Shown: piece by piece, positions 58,874-64,000 of the stretch
Layout of the letters: each line of letters opens with the position of its first letter
Numbering within the stretch: position 1 is the stretch's first letter
Source of the DNA: Thecamonas trahens ATCC 50062
Taxonomy: Eukaryota > Protista > Apusomonadida
Length of the DNA stretch: 64,000 nucleotides
Assembly: GCF_000142905.1 (NCBI RefSeq)
Contig: NW_013657609.1
Span: 65,305-129,304 of the forward strand
Direction of reading: 5' to 3'
Translations under genes and position numbers: made by a program
Notes under the pieces: model-generated
Database searches by the model: none
Told to the model about the DNA's origin: nothing
The model's input: the letters and a program-made list of their open reading frames with translations, nothing else

Positions 58874-60148
58874 TTGCCAAGAGCTCTGATGGCATCAACA
58901 CAATCGGCTCCGGAGGAGCGGGATGCCACCCACGCCACCCGTTTGATGACGACATGCGACGACGACGACCCTGATCTCGGGTGTACACAAGCGCGCGGCT
59001 GCAGCTCATGTACACATGGGTCACCATGCCGGTGGGTACGATTTTGCGCGAGCAGTGGAGACCAGCGCAGTAAACGCGAGCTATGCAACGACTCGGGCAG
59101 CAAGCGAGAGTGTTGGAGCGTCCAACCGTTTGATGGCATCATCGCCACCAGCGGCCTCCATCACGCCGTCGCCCGCATCTTCGGCAAGTCCTCGCCAGTG
59201 TCAGCTCGGTCCGAGGCCAGGACGAGTCAGGCCACGCGGTCCGTCTACGCCATCATCTCACTCTATCCCATGGGAGTGCAGCAACAGTTCGAGCACATGC
59301 TCGGCAGCCGTGGGCAAAGCGGCGAGTATGGCGTTGTACGGAGTGTGGTGGCTGTGACTCATCTGGCGGCCTCCCTCCTGCCTTTGGCAGTCATTGCCAT
59401 AGCATGGCACAGTCGTCATTGGTGGCAATCACCTCCTGCTGCCACCATCATCATCATGGTCACCATCATCCATGGCATGATACTCATGATTGCCCATGGA
59501 TATGGCATGGGCTTCCTCTATGGTCGTCTATATCCACAGTTTCCCATGTTGGAGGAGATCTCCGTGACCGATGACGGGAAGAGGTGGTCGACTCGGCTGT
59601 GGTCGGACAACCAGCAGAACTCGTCCATCGTCATGGTGCAGGGCTATCAAGGCGATCAGGTGGCTACTGATCAAGCTTTTGCTGTTATGAGATGCATGCG
59701 GTGTCTCTTTGAAGATGCCCACTTTCAGCTCATCATCTACCTCATCCTCTCCTTCCCGGCCTTCCCCGTCACGCCCTGGGCCCTCATCCTCACCCTGGGC
59801 TTGCCCATCGAGTGCATCTTCTTGCGCATCTGGGGTCATGGTCAGTGGCGGGAGTATGCTGCGAATCGCTGCTCTGAAGCTCCGTGGCATCTCTTTTCCT
59901 CTCCGCAGTCCAAGATCGAGTCTATCCGCTTCTGGCTCGTCTTCTCCTTGCTCAAGATCGTGGCCACTGCCCTCGCTACCGTCTACTTTGTCCACGTTGT
60001 GTGCGGCGAGCCGCTCCATCTCCACACTGCCATGCTGCATATGAGTCCGATCCTCTTCTTTACCGTCTTTTCTCTGCCCTTTGGCTGGAAGCTGTTCTCA
60101 CTCGACTGGCCACAGGAGCTGGTGCGTGCTGCCTCGTCGTCGTCGTAG
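58874..60148 (+). CDS. Hypothetical multi-pass membrane protein (start uncertain)
   Basis: 424-codon open frame with 5-6 hydrophobic segments in the C-terminal two thirds; no recognised family. Confidence 0.5.
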   Translation: MPRALMASTQSAPEERDATHATRLMTTCDDDDPDLGCTQARGCSSCTHGSPCRWVRFCASSGDQRSKRELCNDSGSKRECWSVQPFDGIIATSGLHHAVARIFGKSSPVSARSEARTSQATRSVYAIISLYPMGVQQQFEHMLGSRGQSGEYGVVRSVVAVTHLAASLLPLAVIAIAWHSRHWWQSPPAATIIIMVTIIHGMILMIAHGYGMGFLYGRLYPQFPMLEEISVTDDGKRWSTRLWSDNQQNSSIVMVQGYQGDQVATDQAFAVMRCMRCLFEDAHFQLIIYLILSFPAFPVTPWALILTLGLPIECIFLRIWGHGQWREYAANRCSEAPWHLFSSPQSKIESIRFWLVFSLLKIVATALATVYFVHVVCGEPLHLHTAMLHMSPILFFTVFSLPFGWKLFSLDWPQELVRAASSSS

Positions 60149-60157
60149 CGTACGATC

Positions 60158-60742
60158 GTGTCGCGCGTGGCTATCGTGGGCGTCGAAGACATGTTTGAGC
60201 TCCATGCGCTGAGTGAGGACAACACGCTGGACGAGCCGCTTGCCGAGAAGCACGGCGGGAACGTGCGCTGTCGCTTCCGGCGCGTCTACTTCCGCGCCGT
60301 GCTCGAGTACATGTGGAACTCGACGGCTCCGGAGGAAGGCGACAACGGTACACTCGTCGTGCAACGCGACGATAGATTTGGTGGGTCTGTCGAGACCACG
60401 GCTTCCGATCTGGCACATGATTGGTGGTCCAAGACCGCCGTGTATGGTATTCTGCGTGGGATGGTGGGCGCTGTGAAGTTGTGGATTGGCAACAACGGAT
60501 TCATGCAGTCGCACTCGACGTACTCAGCGTGCTTGCTCAACGCGAAGGCGACGATGGAAAACGATGTTGTGTATCCACTCAACAAGGAGATCTGGGAGGA
60601 CATCGAGTTTGTTTACATGGCCAAAGACAAGAATCTGGCAACGATTCGGGCGACACGGTTCCGCCACCACAAGATCGACCTTCAGGTGCGCAACCAGGTC
60701 GATCCGGCGGATGCTAAGAAGGCGGGAAGCTCGCCAACGTGA
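60158..60742 (+). pseudogene. C-terminal fragment of a GREB1/TET-associated glycosyltransferase (TAGT)-like domain
   Basis: YSACLLNAKATMENDVVYPLNKEIWEDIEFVYMAKDKNLATIRATRFRHHK fits the LLN..Y..(E/D)DxxF...L...R..RF...K pattern of the GREB1 C-terminus; the N-terminal half of the domain is absent. Confidence 0.55.
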
Positions 60743-61615
60743 CCGTGCTCCGCTGCGGCGCGGATGGCCTCGTTGTGTCTGGCACCCGGATTGGCGGCCA
60801 TCAACAAGGAAAAGCGCGACAACGCGAGCGTGACCGTTTCTCGAAGCCGAGATGATGGCGCCATCCCAGTCCCCGAACTCCTGGAAGATGAGGAAGAGGA
60901 GGACGACCTCGGCGTGGCCGTTGGCTGCTGCAGCCCAGAGAGCAAAGTTCAAGTCAAAAACGTCACCTGAGCCGACTTCGTTGTCGGTAAGGAGGATCTC
61001 AACAGTCTCCTTGTAACCATACAACGCAGCAGCGCGAAGCATCGCACCACGCTGTTGTGTGTCGCTGCATACACCAGCGTGGTGCAGGACTAATTCCATC
61101 AGAGTAACGTTGCCTGCAGCGGCAGCACAAGAGAACAACTTCTTCAAGTCACCAGGGGCGCGAGAGATCGCAGAATCGCTACTGTCGAAGATCTCCAAGG
61201 CGACTTCGGCGTAACCGTACAGAGCAGCAATAGAGAGCGTTGACAAGACATCGTTTGGGTTGATCACCAGTGCCAACTTGTTGTCGTACCTATCTTTTGG
61301 TAGCGCGTCCGCCAACACTGTCGCTCCCAAGCGGGCGAGGTCAGAGACGAGCTTCTTCCAGATGTCCAACTCGGGCTGGGCGTTGCTGAAAACGGCCACG
61401 AGGGCCATAGGATCAGGCACATTCTCGGTCGCTTCGGCAAGGTAAGGCATGTTAGCGTAGCAAGCAGAGCTGGATGCTTTTACGCGATCGAGGCTGGGTA
61501 GGAGGGCGTCCTTCAGGTGTGCGCAGACGTGAGTTGGCACAACGCCCACTTCCCCAGCAGCCCTTCCGACGAGGATGTGATCAAGTTTGCCGAGGCCATC
61601 GTCTCCTTCACACAC
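60682..61615 (-). pseudogene. Ankyrin-repeat protein, frameshifted (~60795) and apparently truncated
   Basis: AALYGYAEV, AAAAGNVTLM, AALYGYKETV, AAANGHAEVV, ASRNGHARVV; the next repeat NEAIRAAAEHGH is in another frame and ends abruptly. Confidence 0.75.
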
Positions 61616-63192
61616 TATCCGAGCGTGGCCAACACGTGTACTTCGCAGACACGGACAACCACAGAAGCCAGTGGCGATCCCATGCCGCTGCTAGCTGGTG
61701 CCAAGGTTGCCATCGGGCTTGACTCGCCACGCACCTCGTCCAAACTGGGTCGTGCCCTGTTGCCGATGGTGGCGCGCGGCGACGAGCCTGCGATGGTCCT
61801 GGACTACTTGTGTCGGCCAAGCTGGAGAAGCTCATGGATGGCAAGAACGTCATGGTCAGTAGCCACAGCGAGTTCAAGTCCTGTATCATCTACACAAGCA
61901 GCCGCCGCGGGGTCGACTTGAATCGGGCGCGCTTGATTGTAGTGGTTGGCCAGGACAAGATAACAGTGCGGCTCCTGCAGGCGCTGTACGCGGCGTCGGA
62001 TGTAGCGGTCTCGGACACAGCCAAGTACTCGGTCGAGGGGCTCGGGATGCTGCGCGGGCGGGGCAGCCCGAGCGAGCTCGTGTACATTGATGCGGATGGT
62101 AATGATTGTATGCTGTGTCTCCCAGCCCGCCCCATCCACTACCACGAGTCCGCCTACGCCCGCAGGCCCACTGTTGCCGAGGAGTGGATCGTGCCCGCCA
62201 AGTTTGTCGAGGAGGACCAGTCGTCGGGCAAGGCGTCTCGCGCCGGGGGTGAGCTGATGCGCCGCTTCAAGGGCCGCGCAGAGCTCGAGAAGACGCGATC
62301 GGTCACGTTTTGGTGGCACCGGTCAAACAAGAAGCACCTCTGGGCGTATCCTCTCGAGGTTGTTGACAGGGGTGATGTGTCCTCTTCTTGGGCCGTTCTT
62401 GGACGCGAGTGTCTGGAGGCTGTGCCGGCGGACGACGATGCCAATGACGACAACAGCTGCGTCAAGGGCAATGTGACAAGCTTGGTTCAGTTTCTGGTAT
62501 CGACAGATTGCGGCGCCGCCATCGACCAAGCGGTGGCCATGGGGTGCAAGCACTTGCGGATGTACGGGGTCCGCAAGCGGGTTCATGACACGGTGGCTGT
62601 CTTGAGCATGCCCGCCAGCTACGAGTGGCTGAACGCGGTCATTGCCACGGCCATCGCGTCGAACAAGAGCGACACACCGTTCAAGCGGCTGGCATTTATC
62701 GGCGACACGGTGCTCACCCTTATGGGTCGGATGCAGCTGTTCTCACTCGAGGACAGCGTCATGGATGTGGGTCCGATGGCGAGCGCCATGCAGGACCTGG
62801 AGTCACGGGAAGCGTGTCAACAGTATCTCAAGGCCACTGGCATGGATGATGTTGTGCTTTCGGACTCTTACGATATACAAGCCGAGGCCATCTTGGGTGC
62901 CATCTACCTGCTGTATGGCCTCGACGACACCGAGCGCGTCTGGCGTATGTTCGTGTCGGCAGTGGCCTTGGTAGACGATGCGGCGCCGAGCGGCTCAAGC
63001 ACTTCAACGCTGAGAAGTGGCAAGCAGGAGAGGCAGCAGACCGTGACGACTCGTTTGATGGAATCCGTGGCGGCCTGGCAGGGAGCCGAGTTCGGAGTTC
63101 CAGACTCTGATGTCAGCCGGCACCATCGGAGAGGTGATCAACTGCTGCACCCAGCCTTACCCCCCGACTCGATCGACCGCACCCGTTCTTGA
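61517..63192 (+). CDS. Hypothetical protein with degenerate helicase-like C-terminal motifs and an RNase III-like domain; apparent frameshift at ~61808
   Basis: KRLAFIGDTVL (62683) and AEAILGAIYL (62881) match RNase III signature motifs; YTSSRRGVDL...RLLQALYAA resembles SF1 motifs V/VI. Confidence 0.6.
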
Positions 63193-64000
63193 CAGCCCCA
63201 ACTGCGACCCCCCCTTCCGGCCTGATCCACCGCCGACCAGATCTCACGGAGCTGTTGGGCTCGGTGCAGTGGCTACGCGCTTGCGAGTCAGCGTGGTGAC
63301 CAAATCGAGGCGATCCGGGCCGAGCAGCTGCCGCCAAGGCGAGCCTCGACGAGGACGCAGCGATCGGCAGACGCGGATGAGATGGACGAGGCCACGGCGG
63401 GTGTGGTGTTGTGACAGAAGCGTCGATGTGCCCGGGTGGTTGGCGCGCATGATCGGAGAATGAGCCTGCTGCTAGGTTTGACGGTGCTGTTGACGGCGAG
63501 CGTGAGCGCCGCGGGCGCAGCTGATGAGGTTGTCGCGGGCGATGCGGCGGCTGATGACGACTTTGGTGAGTGAAGCCGATGGCGACGACGTCAGAGTTGG
63601 TCTTCTGCGAGGCACGGCGGACGGATGGACACGATTGTCGGCAAGGGGGGGAGCGACGATGCTGGCGTGATCGTGCGGTCTCGACACTCCTGCTGCGATG
63701 CCGTCGCAGCTCGGTGCCTGCGCCTGGCTTTTTGATTGTTAGTATTGTTAGAGCCTTCATCCAACGGATAGCGGTAGAGAGTGGTGTGAAAGGGTGGTGC
63801 TGTCTGCGTCATGGAAGATGGGATCGGGCTGATGGCCATGGTCCTCCGTACGGCTGTTGCTGTGGGGGCTTGTGTTCAGAGTATCTAGGGCGAGGGAGGG
63901 TGAGGGAGCGGTCGGCCAGTCGTATGCAAGTTGAGATGGCGATGGAAGGCGGGCATCAGCTCTGTTGAGTGCACAGAGGGGGTTCATGGCAGCCAGCTCG

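Overview
Gene-dense, GC-rich eukaryotic nuclear DNA from a draft assembly, not a prokaryotic sequence. Seven N-gaps lie at about 17920-18331, 24295-24756, 26922-27080, 33463-33901, 42934-43033, 49518-49618 and 51987-52664. It has GT-AG spliceosomal introns with CTCAC/CTAAC-like branch points. Introns and intergenic spacers are filled with poly-G/C, (CA)n and ATG/GTG-rich minisatellites. Style and gene content suggest a free-living protist such as an apusomonad (Thecamonas-like); this is inference. About 25 housekeeping-type genes can be modelled: organellar RecA, gamma-glutamyl hydrolase, Rpn13, an Arf GTPase, TCF25/Rqc1, CutC, Rab32/38, syntaxin 16, AP-1 gamma, a RING-TRAF ligase, an amine oxidase, a CARMIL-like protein, ZGRF1, DCTN3, a TPR-FKBP, CTU2, a hotdog thioesterase, a TTC16-like protein and two giant FG-GAP surface proteins. 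Many carry single-base frameshifts at homopolymers, probably sequencing errors. Most notable: (1) a terminal ~5 kb mosaic with a GREB1/TET-associated glycosyltransferase-like fragment, a broken ankyrin gene and a helicase-motif plus RNase III ORF; (2) a membrane-anchored MYND-finger fusion to a catalytically degenerate phosphagen kinase; (3) a RING-TRAF ligase ending in an RPA32C-like winged helix; (4) a pseudoknotted structured element in a syntaxin-16 intron; (5) a Rab32-STX16-AP1G trafficking cluster with a possible head-to-head CDS overlap. All homology calls come from motif recognition by eye; no searches were run.
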